A stretch of DNA of 60,780 nucleotides, the filler included. It is 6 parts of 6 records of this genome, joined end to end, with 100 filler letters (N's around TTAATTAATTAA, not from the genome) between each part and the next. Parts side by side here need not be neighbours in the genome. Positions count along the whole stretch, not along the records: positions 17,831 to 36,350 come from SRR31156797_25395; 5 more parts are not named here. One strand, given 5' to 3'. The notes under the pieces were generated by a model, which did not search any database, was not told the origin of the DNA, and saw nothing but the letters and a program-made list of their open reading frames with translations. Positions 21,169 to 32,489 of this stretch are shown one piece after another. The translations under genes were made by a program, and so were the position numbers. Positions within the stretch are counted from its first letter, which is position 1, and every line of letters begins with the position of its first letter.

Positions 21169-23716
21169 CCGATTGTTGAAAGGGCTCCTCGCTTTTCTGT
21201 GTGTCGGTGGCCTGGCGGCGGTTCTCCTGTTTTACCTCCTTGTCCCCCCCCTTGCCGAACGGATGGTGGTGGAGCGGGTCAGGCAGATCCCCGGGCTTGA
21301 AGGATTCAATCTTCATATCCGGTCCATCGGGTTTTCCGGTGCCGATATCCAGGGGATCACCACGGGTTCCAGCCTTTCCATCGATTCCGTTCACCTGGAT
21401 TACTCCATTGCTTCCCTTCTGGAAAAGCGCATCGGGCAGGTGGCGGTTACGGGCCTTGATCTCAAGGGGGTGATTACTCCGGCTGGTCCGTGGTTTGCCG
21501 ATTTCTCAATGGCGAAAGAGTCCGGCGGGGCAACACAACCCTCCGCCGGGATACCCAAGGAACTTTTTGCATTGCTGCCGGAAACCATCCGGGTGAGTCA
21601 TTCGGTGGTTTCCATGACCAAGGATACCCACCACGTGCGGCTTCCCCTGGATCTGGCCATTGCCGTCAGCCACAGGGATAACCGGGTGCGCGTGCTGATG
21701 ACGCTTTTCCCCTTTGGCGAAACCGTTGAAATGGCGGTCCGGGCCACCCCTGATACCGGGCTTGAGATCGTCAATCTCAAGGCCGACGGGTTTGCCCTTG
21801 CCCACCTCCAGCCCCTGGCCGATGCCTTTGCCCCCGGGATCCGGCTTGACGGGCCCACCGATCTTCTTGTCTCCAAAACAATGGACAGCGACTGGGCCGT
21901 GAGCCTCTCCCGCCTGGGCGTGGCCACTCCCCTGCCGCTTACGGTCCGTGATATGGCCGTAAGCATACCTTCGCTCTCCCCCCTGTCCGTGGCTGGCTCC
22001 CTTGTCCTGGAAACGCCCATGGTCCGGCCGGTGGCGGTCAATTTCACCGGCGGCCTTGGCCCGGACAGCCAGTGGCACCTGGATCTCAAGGCCGCAAACC
22101 ATGGGCCCAAAGCCTATGAGTTGCTTCATGGAGATAAAGAGCTTATGGTCATGAATCCAAGCCTGGACATGAAAGTGCGGGGAAAGGGCACCCTTGGGAA
22201 CGTGGCGTTCACGGCAAAAGCGGACAAGTGCGGCGGACAGATGGAAAATGCCACCGGTTCGATTTCCGGCCTGAACCTTAAGGGCAGGGGCAGTTTTAAC
22301 CTGGCCGGGGACCATGACCGCCTCGATCTCACCTTTACGGCAGGGTCCGGCCCCGTGAGAATCGTATCCGGGGACCGGTTTGCCAGGGCCCCGGCGGTCA
22401 ATATCCCGGGCAGGCTGGTGCTGGACAGCAAATTTACGCCACGGGGGACCGTCACCCCCACGGTGAAAGGGGCCCGGGCCGGATCGTCTTCCCCCAAGGT
22501 TGCGGCCAGGGACATCTCATTTACCCTCCCGGTCTCCCTTCCTCCGGGGGAGGATGCCCAGACCGGGCGGTTTCGGATCGGACGGCTCATCCACGGCGGG
22601 CAAACGGTCGCCCGGCTGAACGGCACTGTGGACCAGACCGGAGACGGCGCCATTGTCCGGGGCCGGGTGGATCTTTCCCCCATCCTGGGAACCGAACCGG
22701 CCCCGGGCGTTGACTTCAACCTGAGGGCCTGGCTGCCCCCGGATGCCTCCCCAAGGGTCGAGGCGGAGATCGACTTTAAAAAACAGGAGATTTCTTCCGG
22801 CAAGATCCCGGCCCGGTATCTTGCCCAGGCCGCCGACCTGGAGTTTTCATTCTTTGCGGACGCCTTTGCCAAATTCGTGTTTGAGAACAACCGGCCCAGG
22901 TGTACCCTTGACCTGAATCTTACCCATGGCCGGGTGACAAGTGATGAGAAAAATCTCAAAGTCAGCGGCATCAACGCAAGTCTCGGGTTCGATGATCTCC
23001 TTTCCCTCGGGAGTCGGTCCGGCCAGGTGGTGACCGTTGATGACATCAAGATATATGACATCGCCATCTCCGACGCCAGACTCAACTACACCCTGGAATC
23101 CCCGAAATCCTTCCTGGTCGAGCAGGCCGGTTTCAGCTGGTGCGAGGGCCGGGTCACCACGGAGTCCATGCGGATCTTTCCCGACAGGCAGGACTATAGC
23201 CTGAGCCTCTTCTGCGACCGGCTCAGGCTCTCGGAGATCCTGCGCCAGGTGGGTTCCTTCCACGCCGAAGGGGAGGGGACCCTTAACGGCCGCATTCCGG
23301 TGACCTACTCCAACGGCAGCATCTCCTTCAACAACGGCTTCCTGTTTTCCACGCCGGGCAGGGGCGGCAAGATCCGGATCAGCGGAACCGAGATCCTCAC
23401 CGCGGGCATCCCCAAGGACTCCCTCCAGTACACCCAGATCGACCTTGCCCGGGAGGCCTTGAAGGATTACCAGTACAAGTGGGCCAAACTCACATTCAAC
23501 ACCCAGGGGGAGAACTTACTAGTTAAGATGGAGTTTGACGGCGAGCCCGAGAACCGCCTGCCCTTTGTCTACCGAAAGGAGATCGGCGGCTTTGTCCGGG
23601 TGGGTGCCTCCAGCCCGGGATCCAAGTTCCAGGGCATTAAGATCGACGTCAACCTGGAGCTGCCATTTAACCGAGTCATGAAATTCGGCACCCGGCTTAA
23701 AGATATGATGAATTGA
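21158..23716 (+). CDS. YdbH-domain (AsmA-like intermembrane lipid transport) protein
   Basis: N-terminal TM anchor, long beta-rich body, C-terminal GTLNGRIPV...ALKDYQY...IDVNLE typical of YdbH. Confidence 0.75.
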   Translation: MRFSRLLKGLLAFLCVGGLAAVLLFYLLVPPLAERMVVERVRQIPGLEGFNLHIRSIGFSGADIQGITTGSSLSIDSVHLDYSIASLLEKRIGQVAVTGLDLKGVITPAGPWFADFSMAKESGGATQPSAGIPKELFALLPETIRVSHSVVSMTKDTHHVRLPLDLAIAVSHRDNRVRVLMTLFPFGETVEMAVRATPDTGLEIVNLKADGFALAHLQPLADAFAPGIRLDGPTDLLVSKTMDSDWAVSLSRLGVATPLPLTVRDMAVSIPSLSPLSVAGSLVLETPMVRPVAVNFTGGLGPDSQWHLDLKAANHGPKAYELLHGDKELMVMNPSLDMKVRGKGTLGNVAFTAKADKCGGQMENATGSISGLNLKGRGSFNLAGDHDRLDLTFTAGSGPVRIVSGDRFARAPAVNIPGRLVLDSKFTPRGTVTPTVKGARAGSSSPKVAARDISFTLPVSLPPGEDAQTGRFRIGRLIHGGQTVARLNGTVDQTGDGAIVRGRVDLSPILGTEPAPGVDFNLRAWLPPDASPRVEAEIDFKKQEISSGKIPARYLAQAADLEFSFFADAFAKFVFENNRPRCTLDLNLTHGRVTSDEKNLKVSGINASLGFDDLLSLGSRSGQVVTVDDIKIYDIAISDARLNYTLESPKSFLVEQAGFSWCEGRVTTESMRIFPDRQDYSLSLFCDRLRLSEILRQVGSFHAEGEGTLNGRIPVTYSNGSISFNNGFLFSTPGRGGKIRISGTEILTAGIPKDSLQYTQIDLAREALKDYQYKWAKLTFNTQGENLLVKMEFDGEPENRLPFVYRKEIGGFVRVGASSPGSKFQGIKIDVNLELPFNRVMKFGTRLKDMMN

Positions 23717-23756
23717 AACAAGAGTAATACCAACCCATACGAAACAGAGGAAAAAG

Positions 23757-24260
23757 ATGAACCTGGCACAATTCTACATCGAATCACTGAATCTTGAAAA
23801 ACATCCTGAAGGCGGCTACTTCAAAGAAACCTACAGGGACCAGGGACAGATCCCGGAAACAGCCCTGCCCGAAAGGTTTGACGGACCGCGTTCCTTTTCC
23901 ACATCCATCTATTTTCTCCTCCCGGGTGAGGAAATATCCGCCTTCCACAGGATAAAGTCGGACGAGATCTGGCATTACCACACGGGCGCAGCCGTCAGGG
24001 TCCATGTCATCGATCCCGACGGCAATTATTTCACCCTGCTTGTGGGAAAGGATCCTGGCAACAACGAGGCGTTCCAGCAGGTGGTCCCGGCGGGCTGCTG
24101 GTTTGCCGCCGAATGCACCGATCCCCGCTCATTTTCCCTGGTCGGCTGCACCGTGGCCCCGGGATTTGACTTCACCGACTTTGAGCTTGCGGAACAGCAG
24201 GCCCTGGCGGACCTGTTCCCCCAACACGAGGCCCTCATCGAGCGCTTCACTTCCCAATAA
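23757..24260 (+). CDS. Cupin_5 (DUF985) family protein
   Basis: LEKHPEGGYFKETY, STSIYFLL, FHRIKSDEIWHY, LVGCTVAPGFDFTDFEL. Confidence 0.92.
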   Translation: MNLAQFYIESLNLEKHPEGGYFKETYRDQGQIPETALPERFDGPRSFSTSIYFLLPGEEISAFHRIKSDEIWHYHTGAAVRVHVIDPDGNYFTLLVGKDPGNNEAFQQVVPAGCWFAAECTDPRSFSLVGCTVAPGFDFTDFELAEQQALADLFPQHEALIERFTSQ

Positions 24261-24411
24261 CAAGTAATCCCACCGGGACAGAAACGAGATATTGCCGCCG
24301 GTGGGATGCTGCTTTTCAAGTAGAAATATGGGGTCAAATCTTTAATCACTGACAGTGATTGCTAAAACAATACTGATTTGTCAAGTTTAAAGATTTGACT
24401 CCTTCTCCGAA

Positions 24412-27192
24412 TTATTCCATGGACTCAATTTCTTTTGATGCGGCAAAGGCATAGCCGTTTTTGCCTGATTTTTTAATTATATACATGGCGGTATCGGCTT
24501 TTTTTACCAGGTCGTCAATGTCGTCTCCGTCATTGGGGTATATTGATATGCCAATGCTTGCCCCTACGGTCATCTGTTTGCTGTTTTGGATAAAAGGTCT
24601 TGATGTCGCTTCTATAAGCTTCTTGGCAATTTGAGCCACATCGTCGGTAATTAGAATTTCGCTTAGGATAATCAAAAATTCATCTCCGCCGATACGGGCG
24701 ACCGTGTCGGATTTGCGCACGCAGGCGGTATACCGTTTTGCAATCTCCTTGAGAAGATAATCTCCTGCCTCATGCCCATGGGTGTCATTAACTTTTTTGA
24801 AACCATCCAGATCAATAAACAGAAAGGCGGACAGGGTCTTGTTGCGCATGGATTTTTGAATTGCTATGTGGGCTCTGTCTTTAGCCAGTCTATGGGTCGG
24901 AAGGTTTGTCAATCCGTCATGGTTTGCCATGTGACGGATCTTTTCTTCCGCATTTTTACGTTCGGTGATGTCTATATGGGTTCCGGTCATCCTTAACGGC
25001 TTTCGGTCATTATCCCAGCTGACGACTTTGCCCCTATCCAGAATCCAGATCCATTGGCCGTTTTTGTGTTTCATTCTGGCTTCACATTCATAAAAATCGA
25101 GCTCGCCTTCAAAATGACGTTTCAGCAATTGGTCCGACTCAGCCAAATCGTCGGGATGGCAAAGCTTAATCCATGTTTCTATATTGGTCGGTTCGAGTTC
25201 CTCAAGCCTGTATCCTGTGATCTCAGCCCATCTTTCATTGAATACGGTTTCTCCCGTTTGAACATACCAGTCCCATATTCCTGCATCGGTTCCCTGGAGC
25301 GCCAGATCCAGCCTTTGACGGCTTTCCATGAGCATTTTATCCGCCTGGGTTTTTAATCGTATGTTTACCAGTATTTGAGAAAAAAGATTGAGAAGCGTAA
25401 TTTCTTCCTCGGAATAATTGTAATGACCGGTAACCCAGTCAAACCCGACAAAACCCATCAGCTCTTTTTCGTTTCGCATGGGAACTGAAATAAGGGTTTT
25501 AATGTTCTGGTGGGTCAGGATATCCTTGAGAATGCCTTCCGGCAATGCTGAAACATCCGGAATCAGCATGGGCTGACCTTGCTGATGTGCTTTGACCTGG
25601 TCTTCAATCCCTTCCAGGGACAGGTCTTGTAAGTCTGCAATCTGAGGTGCAATCCCTTTGTTGCACCATTCATACAGATTTGAAGTTGTTTTCTTTTCAA
25701 AATTATAATCAAAGATATAGACCCTGTCAGCCTCAACATATTGACCGATTTCGGATAATGCCCGATCAATTTCGCTATCGACTTTGTCCAAAGGAATGTT
25801 GATATATTTTGAAGAGATATCCATCAATATCTGCTGCAATTCCGTCTGGTGCTGCAATGCCTCTTCCGCCAGCTTCAAATCGGATATGTCCCAGTTGACG
25901 CCGATCATACGCTTGGGATTGCCGGCAGTGTCCCTTTCAATCCTGCCTGCGGCCTGAATATATCTGATGCTTCCATCCCCCGGAAGAATACAGAACTGGG
26001 TATCAAAGACCGCTTTTCCTTCAACCGCATCCTTCACAAGGGCAACGGCTTTCTCCCGGTGATCGGGATGGAGAGCGTTCCGCCAGGTGTCAAAAGTCGG
26101 GTGAACGTCCGGCGGGACATCGTAGAGCGCGTACATCAGGTCATCCCAGACCAATTGATCGGTTGAGATATCCCAGCTCCAGATGCCGACCTTTCCCGCT
26201 TTCGTCGCCAGGCCGAGACGGGCGGATGTTTCATGGAGACTGTCTTCGATCTGTTTTCTTTCCTGAATTTCCTTCTCCAGGTCCCTTTTTACAATATTGG
26301 TCTTCCATGTTTCATTGCTGGCCTTTAAAAAAAGAAATATGGAGTAGGATATAAATACGGACATCAAAAAACCGATGGCTAAAGCAAACTCAGGTAGATG
26401 GCTGACATTGTTGTCGATAAAATAGGCTGTCGGACGACAATAAATGGTGAACCGGCGGCCCCGGATCAATAATGACTCAACAGCATCCAAATCCAGTGCC
26501 TTATACTCCTCCCATCCCTCTTGAGTGTAAACAGGCGTATCATCTATCATGACCTTGATTTTGAAGCTGTTAAACTCATCTGAACTTTTACGGGAACTGA
26601 AAACATGATCAAGCCATTCGGTCGTTCTGAAGACTGCCAGTAAAAATCCGTCAAATTCACCCTTTACCGATAGCGGAAAATAGATAAGAAAACCTTTTCC
26701 CCCCTGCACTAAATCAATGGGCGCTGAAAATGTCGGTTCTTTGTTGTTCTTTGCCTTTTGCAGGGCAATACGCCTGTTTTTCTCTAACCCGAGGTCGAGG
26801 CCCCGGGCCTGTTCGTTTCCCGCCAGGGGAATCACCCAGCGGACATGGTAACTCTTATCCACCCATTCGATGGCCTGAAACCCTGGCATGCCTGAGATAT
26901 AATTCTGTGTATCCTTTCTAAATTCCATTCTGGGAATACCTTCATGGGTTTCCCAGCGTGATGCCATACGTTTCAATGCCCGGATACGGTTCGTGAGGTC
27001 GGTTTCTATATATGCAGATAGTTTTTGAGCCTCGACCTCCACCCTTTTGTGGCGATCCAAATGATTTTGATGATGAAGAAACCACCACAACAAAACCGTA
27101 AGAATGAAAAGCGGTACACCTATCAATACGGCAATCCAATAGGTTTTGACCTGTGGTTCCATGATTCCGGCATTCATTTGATCCTCTGACAT
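24412..27192 (-). CDS. Sensor diguanylate cyclase (CHASE-PAS-GAF-PAS-GGDEF)
   Basis: Two TMs flanking a CHASE-like region, PAS (HPDH, HPDD), GAF (GFVGFD), intact GGDEF with RKSD I-site. Confidence 0.92.
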   Translation of the reverse strand: MSEDQMNAGIMEPQVKTYWIAVLIGVPLFILTVLLWWFLHHQNHLDRHKRVEVEAQKLSAYIETDLTNRIRALKRMASRWETHEGIPRMEFRKDTQNYISGMPGFQAIEWVDKSYHVRWVIPLAGNEQARGLDLGLEKNRRIALQKAKNNKEPTFSAPIDLVQGGKGFLIYFPLSVKGEFDGFLLAVFRTTEWLDHVFSSRKSSDEFNSFKIKVMIDDTPVYTQEGWEEYKALDLDAVESLLIRGRRFTIYCRPTAYFIDNNVSHLPEFALAIGFLMSVFISYSIFLFLKASNETWKTNIVKRDLEKEIQERKQIEDSLHETSARLGLATKAGKVGIWSWDISTDQLVWDDLMYALYDVPPDVHPTFDTWRNALHPDHREKAVALVKDAVEGKAVFDTQFCILPGDGSIRYIQAAGRIERDTAGNPKRMIGVNWDISDLKLAEEALQHQTELQQILMDISSKYINIPLDKVDSEIDRALSEIGQYVEADRVYIFDYNFEKKTTSNLYEWCNKGIAPQIADLQDLSLEGIEDQVKAHQQGQPMLIPDVSALPEGILKDILTHQNIKTLISVPMRNEKELMGFVGFDWVTGHYNYSEEEITLLNLFSQILVNIRLKTQADKMLMESRQRLDLALQGTDAGIWDWYVQTGETVFNERWAEITGYRLEELEPTNIETWIKLCHPDDLAESDQLLKRHFEGELDFYECEARMKHKNGQWIWILDRGKVVSWDNDRKPLRMTGTHIDITERKNAEEKIRHMANHDGLTNLPTHRLAKDRAHIAIQKSMRNKTLSAFLFIDLDGFKKVNDTHGHEAGDYLLKEIAKRYTACVRKSDTVARIGGDEFLIILSEILITDDVAQIAKKLIEATSRPFIQNSKQMTVGASIGISIYPNDGDDIDDLVKKADTAMYIIKKSGKNGYAFAASKEIESME

Positions 27193-27906
27193 TCAGACCC
27201 CTTGTAACCGTTTAGTGTGTTCACCGCTCTGGTGGAGCAGAAACCTTGCGGCTTTATTATCCCTCTCCGGGAACTGTCATTGGAGTTTTCCTGTACACGA
27301 CTCAAGTATATTATAAAAGGTTTTCCCATATTTGGGGTGTTTTGTGAAACGAAATAATGTGGTTGTCTGGGATTTGCTGAAGCTTGAATAGAAATTGAAG
27401 GTTCGTCCGGTGTGCAGGTTTTTCGAGTCTTTTTCAAAATCGGACTTCTTTTCTGAATCCATTGAATTTATCGCAGTTTTAATGGATGTCGTAAAATTGT
27501 TTTATTGAAATTGCGCGAAAACCTTTTTTCGTAATTTATATCCCCGGCGTTGCGGGGGGATTCCACGGCGCCCTGGCCCCATCCTTCGCGGTAGCAAAAG
27601 CACAAGAAAAAGACGAATTCTTCCTTGCCCGGCGGCCTTTTGGTTTAATGAATGGAAATCCATAAAATGCATAATGTTCATAGGAAAATAAAATTATCCT
27701 TGACAATTGGGTCTTCATTTTTTTATAAAAAACATTTCTATTTGATCTTTACTAAGTGGTTAAAAATTTTACTATAAAGGGGTGTTACCCCAAATACCCC
27801 AGTTGTTCACTACCGGTGTCACCCTTTTCAAACTTTATCGATGAGGGTAAAGGACACCTGCCGGAACCGGCTGAATCGTTGAATTGAATGGATAAGGTGG
27901 AATGCA

Positions 27907-28761
27907 ATGGGCCCTGTGGATGACCGCATACTCGACAAGGAGATGACCGAATGGCAGAAATGCCTTGGCGGTCGCTGGGACCTTGTTGAATCGCCGGGCA
28001 TCTGCGGAATTTCAGGTCCCTTGTGGGTATCCCGGACGGAAAATGCCCGCCGTTACCTGGTTTCCGCATGCACCTCCACCATGGACGTGGCGGAAAGCCT
28101 GCTGAAACAGGGGGACTTCCCCCGGTGGTCCTGGATCTTGGCAGGCACCCAGACCCAGGGGCGGGGCCAGCTTGGGCGAACCTGGATCTCCCGGTCCGGG
28201 AACCTGTTTGCCACCATAGGGCTTCCCCAAAACGCCGGAACCCTGGGCAAGCTTCTGCCCCTGGCCCTGGGGGTGGTGCTGGTGGAGGTGATGACCGGCC
28301 TGGGCCTGCCGGCAGAGGTCAAGTGGCCCAACGATATCCTGGTGGGACGGACCAAAGTGGGGGGGATTCTCGTGGAAGAACGGAACGGGCATCTCCTTGC
28401 CGGCATTGGCATCAATGTTGATCAGGGCGCGGAGGTCGATTGTTTTTCACAATCATTCAAAATTCCGGCCGGATCGTTTCAGTCGTTTGGGGTTGGCGTA
28501 TCGGTTCCCCGTGTTTGGATGCAGGTGGAACAATGCCTGGCACACCGTCTTCCGGGATATATTTCAGGCCCCGGGCAGGTGGTGGACCAGTTGGAAAGGT
28601 GCCTGGCATTCAGGGATGAACCGGTTGTTGTGACAAATGCGGGGCCCCTGGACGGGCCCGCGACACTGGTGGGTATTTCAACCACGGGTGGACTGATTAT
28701 CAGAACCGCCCGGGGAGAGCAGATTATCGACCGGGGGCAAATCATTCCCCCGGTGATTTAG
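27907..28761 (+). CDS. birA: Biotin-[acetyl-CoA carboxylase] ligase
   Basis: STMD, QTQGRGQLGRTW, KWPNDI, KVGGILVE, GIGINV; adjacent to pyc. Confidence 0.92.
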   Translation: MGPVDDRILDKEMTEWQKCLGGRWDLVESPGICGISGPLWVSRTENARRYLVSACTSTMDVAESLLKQGDFPRWSWILAGTQTQGRGQLGRTWISRSGNLFATIGLPQNAGTLGKLLPLALGVVLVEVMTGLGLPAEVKWPNDILVGRTKVGGILVEERNGHLLAGIGINVDQGAEVDCFSQSFKIPAGSFQSFGVGVSVPRVWMQVEQCLAHRLPGYISGPGQVVDQLERCLAFRDEPVVVTNAGPLDGPATLVGISTTGGLIIRTARGEQIIDRGQIIPPVI

Positions 28762-28781
28762 AACAAAAAAGGAGCAGGAAC

Positions 28782-31700
28782 ATGAAGTCGTTTGAAGAGG
28801 TCGTACAAGAGATTAACGGAAAGAAAATTCTGGTTGCCAACCGTGGCATTACCGCCAGGCGCATCATGCGCTCCATCCGGGAACTCCTTGGGGCTGTTCC
28901 GGTACTGACGGTGACCGATGTGGACAAGACCGCTCCTTTTACCTCCGGTGCCCAGGAGTGTATTTTGTTGGGGGACAATCCGTCCGCCTATCTGGATATC
29001 GACCGTATTTTGAAGCTGGCCAAGGAGCAGGGGATTGCCGCCGTCCATCCCGGATGGGGATTTGCATCGGAAGATTCCAGCTTTCCCAGGAAGTGTAAGG
29101 AGGCCGGTATCCATTTCATCGGTCCCCCCACGGAGCCCATGGAACTTTTGGGAAACAAGGTCCGGGTCAGGGAACTGGCCACACGGATCGGGGTGCCTGT
29201 TGTGCCCGGTTCCACCGGGGCGGTGGAGCTGGATGAGGCCCGGCAGATCGCAACGGAGATGGGACTGCCCGTGATGCTCAAGGCCGAAGGCGGTGGCGGC
29301 GGCCGAGGTATCTACGAGGTGTATGACATGGAGCAGCTGGAATCCGCCTTTGCCAAGGCATCGGTGCTGGCCCAGGCCTCCTTTGGCAACCCCAGGATCT
29401 ATGTGGAAAAACTGCTGACCTCGGTGCGGCATATCGAGATCCAGGTCATTGCCGACCAGTACGGCAACGTGTTCGCCTTTGACGAGCGGGATTGCACGGT
29501 CCAGCGAAACCACCAGAAACTGGTGGAAATCACCCCCTCTCCATGGCCCAAGATGACCGAGGAGCTCCGGGAGACCTTGAAAGGGTATTCCCGGGATCTG
29601 ATTCGGGAAGTGGGGTACTACTCCCTGGCCACGGTGGAGTTCCTGGTGGATGAGGACGGCACCCCCTACCTCATCGAAGTCAACACCCGTCTCCAGGTGG
29701 AGCACGGCATCACCGAAACCCGTTACGGCATCGACCTGGTGGAAGAGCAGATTGCCGTGGCCTTCGGTTCCCGCCTCCGGTTCAACGAAGAGAACACCAA
29801 ACCGGTGACCCACGCCATCCAGGTGCGTATCAACTGTGAGGATCCCAGGAACGGGTTCGCCCCCAATGCCGGCCACATCGACCGTTACATCTCCCCGGGC
29901 GGTCCCGGGGTCCGGGTCGATTCCTGTGTTTCCGGCGGATATACCTTCCCCTCCAACTATGATTCCGCCGCCGCCCTTCTCATTGCCCGGGGCAAGAACT
30001 GGGAAAAGACCCTGGCGGTGATGGAGCGGGCCCTCAAGGAGTATATCATCGGCGGGCTCAAGACCACCATCCCCTTTCACCAGAAGATCATCGCCCATCC
30101 CGTGTTCCAGTCCGGGCTGTATGATACCCGGTTTGTGGAAAACAATCCGGACCTCATTCTCTACCGGGATTCCGAGCCCGAGAGCCTCAGGCTCAGCCGC
30201 CTGGTCGCGGAGATTTCGGCCCTGGGCTACAACCCCCATGTCCAGCTGGGAGAATACCGGGGACGCCAGGACAAGCGCATGGACGTTTTTGAGCCGGTGC
30301 TGCCGGAATTGCCCAGGACCCCGGCCCCTTGCATCTATCCCAGGTGGGACCGGGCCGCCCTCATGGATGTGGTAAGGGACACCCCCCATACGCATATTGG
30401 AGACACGACCCCCAGGGACATCACCCAGTCCAACAGCGGGAACCGGTTCCGCCTGGCCGAGGATATCATCACCGCTCCCTACCTGGACCGCTGCGGGTAT
30501 TTTTCCATTGAAAACGGGGGCGGGGCCCACTTCCATGTGGCCATGATGGCCAACATGACCTATCCGTTCAACGAGGCACGGCTCTGGAACAAGTATGCCC
30601 CGTCCACTCCCAAGCAGATCCTGGTGCGCTCCACCAACCTTCTGGGCTACAAACCCCAGCCCAAGGACCTGATGCACCTCACCGGCGAGATGATTTGCGA
30701 GCAGTACGACATTGTCCGGTGCTTCGATTTCCTGAACCATGTGGAGAACATGCGCCCCTTTGCCGAAGTGGTGCTGGCTTCCAAGCGCAACACCTTCCAG
30801 CCGGCCATCTCCCTCTCCTGGGCCGAGGGCTTTGATGTGAACCATTACCTTGGCGTGGCCCAGCAGATGGTGAACCTTGTGGCCGATGTGGCCGGGGTGT
30901 CTGAAAAGGCCGCCACCCGTCTCTTTATCCTGGGACTCAAGGATATGGCCGGGGTGTGCCCGCCCAGGTTCATCACACAGCTGGTGTCCGAACTGAGGAA
31001 ACGCTATCCGGAACTCATCCTCCATTACCACCGCCACTGCACCGACGGACTGTTCGTCCCTGCCGTGGGCGCGGCTGCCAAGGCCGGGGCGCACATTGTG
31101 GACACCGGCATCGGGGCCGCGGTCCGGTGGTACGGCCAGGGGGATGTGCTTTCCACGGCCGCGTATATGGAAGAGGAACTGGATCTTACGACCCGGATCA
31201 ACAAGGACGAGATCCGGAACTGTAATTTTGTTTTCAAGCAGATCATGCCCTACTATGACCGGTATACGTCACCCTATTTCAAGGGCGTGGACCATGACGT
31301 CGTCCGGCACGGCATGCCCGGCGGAGCCACCTCCTCCTCCCAGGAAGGGGCCATGAAGCAGGGGTATATTCACCTCTTGCCCCAGATGCTGCAGTTCCTG
31401 GCCGGCACCCGCCGGATTGTCCGGTACCATGATGTGACCCCGGGTTCCCAGATTACCTGGAACACGGCATTCCTGGCTGTTTCCTCCGCCTGGAAGCGGG
31501 GCGGGGAAGAGGAGGTGAAACACCTGCTCTGGATCCTGGATACCGTGGTCAACACCCCGGAGGCGGAATTGTCCGATGACCTGAAAACCGACCGGCTCCT
31601 GATTTACAAGGACAGCAACGACGCCTTCAGGGATCTGTTGCTGGGCAGGTTCGGCAAGCTGCCCCTGGGATTTCCGCCGGACTGGGTCTATGCCTCCGCA

Positions 31701-32465
31701 TTCGGCGAGAACTATAAAGAGGCCCTTGAAAGCCGTACCGAGGCTTCGCCCCTGGAATCCCTCGAGCCGGTGGACATCGAGGCGGAAAAAGCCGCACTGG
31801 AACAGCAGATCCAGCGGAAACCCACGGACGAGGAGGTGGTGATGTATCTCAACCACCCGGGAGACGCCCTCAAGACCATCTCTTTCCGGCAGGAGTTCGG
31901 CAATCCCAACTGGCTGCCCCTGGATGTCTGGTTTGAGGGACTGGTTCCGGACCGGGAGCTCTTTTTCAAGGACACCGAAGGAAAACCCCACGCCATGAGG
32001 ATCCTCGGCATCGGGAAACCGGACAGCCAGGGCATGAGCGAGATCCGCTACACCCTGAACGGAGAGCTGATGATGCATTCTGTCAAGGTGGCCGAACCCA
32101 CGGGCACCGGGGCCGGCGCCCTGGAAATGGCGGACAGGAACGATCCCTGCCAGGTGGCCTCCCCCAGTGCCGGTGATCTCTGGATCATGTACGTGAAACC
32201 CGGGGATATCGTCCGCAAGGGCGAAGAGCTGTTCAACATCACCATCATGAAACAGGAAAAGTCAGTGCTCTCTCCCATGGACGGCATGGTCGAGCGGGTG
32301 GTCAAGGTTGCCGATTACAAGCATGACAAAACCATGGTTCCGGTCCTGGAGGGTGAACTCCTGGTCGTGCTGGGTCCCGTTCCCAAACGGTGCGCCTCCT
32401 GCGAGGCCCCCATCAAGGATGAAACCTTCAAGTTCTGTCCCGTATGCGGTAACGCCACTGCCTGA
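28782..32465 (+). CDS. pyc: Pyruvate carboxylase (BC-CT-BCCP) with a C-terminal zinc ribbon
   Basis: ILVANRG, GGGGRG, ERDCTVQR, EVNTRLQVEH, DTTPRD, LKDMAG, HYHRH, VTPGSQ; biotinyl-Lys in IMKQE. Confidence 0.93.
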   Translation: MKSFEEVVQEINGKKILVANRGITARRIMRSIRELLGAVPVLTVTDVDKTAPFTSGAQECILLGDNPSAYLDIDRILKLAKEQGIAAVHPGWGFASEDSSFPRKCKEAGIHFIGPPTEPMELLGNKVRVRELATRIGVPVVPGSTGAVELDEARQIATEMGLPVMLKAEGGGGGRGIYEVYDMEQLESAFAKASVLAQASFGNPRIYVEKLLTSVRHIEIQVIADQYGNVFAFDERDCTVQRNHQKLVEITPSPWPKMTEELRETLKGYSRDLIREVGYYSLATVEFLVDEDGTPYLIEVNTRLQVEHGITETRYGIDLVEEQIAVAFGSRLRFNEENTKPVTHAIQVRINCEDPRNGFAPNAGHIDRYISPGGPGVRVDSCVSGGYTFPSNYDSAAALLIARGKNWEKTLAVMERALKEYIIGGLKTTIPFHQKIIAHPVFQSGLYDTRFVENNPDLILYRDSEPESLRLSRLVAEISALGYNPHVQLGEYRGRQDKRMDVFEPVLPELPRTPAPCIYPRWDRAALMDVVRDTPHTHIGDTTPRDITQSNSGNRFRLAEDIITAPYLDRCGYFSIENGGGAHFHVAMMANMTYPFNEARLWNKYAPSTPKQILVRSTNLLGYKPQPKDLMHLTGEMICEQYDIVRCFDFLNHVENMRPFAEVVLASKRNTFQPAISLSWAEGFDVNHYLGVAQQMVNLVADVAGVSEKAATRLFILGLKDMAGVCPPRFITQLVSELRKRYPELILHYHRHCTDGLFVPAVGAAAKAGAHIVDTGIGAAVRWYGQGDVLSTAAYMEEELDLTTRINKDEIRNCNFVFKQIMPYYDRYTSPYFKGVDHDVVRHGMPGGATSSSQEGAMKQGYIHLLPQMLQFLAGTRRIVRYHDVTPGSQITWNTAFLAVSSAWKRGGEEEVKHLLWILDTVVNTPEAELSDDLKTDRLLIYKDSNDAFRDLLLGRFGKLPLGFPPDWVYASAFGENYKEALESRTEASPLESLEPVDIEAEKAALEQQIQRKPTDEEVVMYLNHPGDALKTISFRQEFGNPNWLPLDVWFEGLVPDRELFFKDTEGKPHAMRILGIGKPDSQGMSEIRYTLNGELMMHSVKVAEPTGTGAGALEMADRNDPCQVASPSAGDLWIMYVKPGDIVRKGEELFNITIMKQEKSVLSPMDGMVERVVKVADYKHDKTMVPVLEGELLVVLGPVPKRCASCEAPIKDETFKFCPVCGNATA

Positions 32466-32489
32466 GGCAGATAAACGGTGCCGGCAGGA

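Noticed and set aside
27193-27300. Possible c-di-GMP-I riboswitch upstream of the diguanylate cyclase
   Set aside because: Only a loose resemblance (GGAAAAC...AAAGCC); the conserved GCAAA elements and P2 stem cannot be built by eye. An Infernal search with RF01051 would decide.
28758-31094. 778-aa minus-strand ORF
   Set aside because: Antisense shadow of pyruvate carboxylase in GC-rich DNA.
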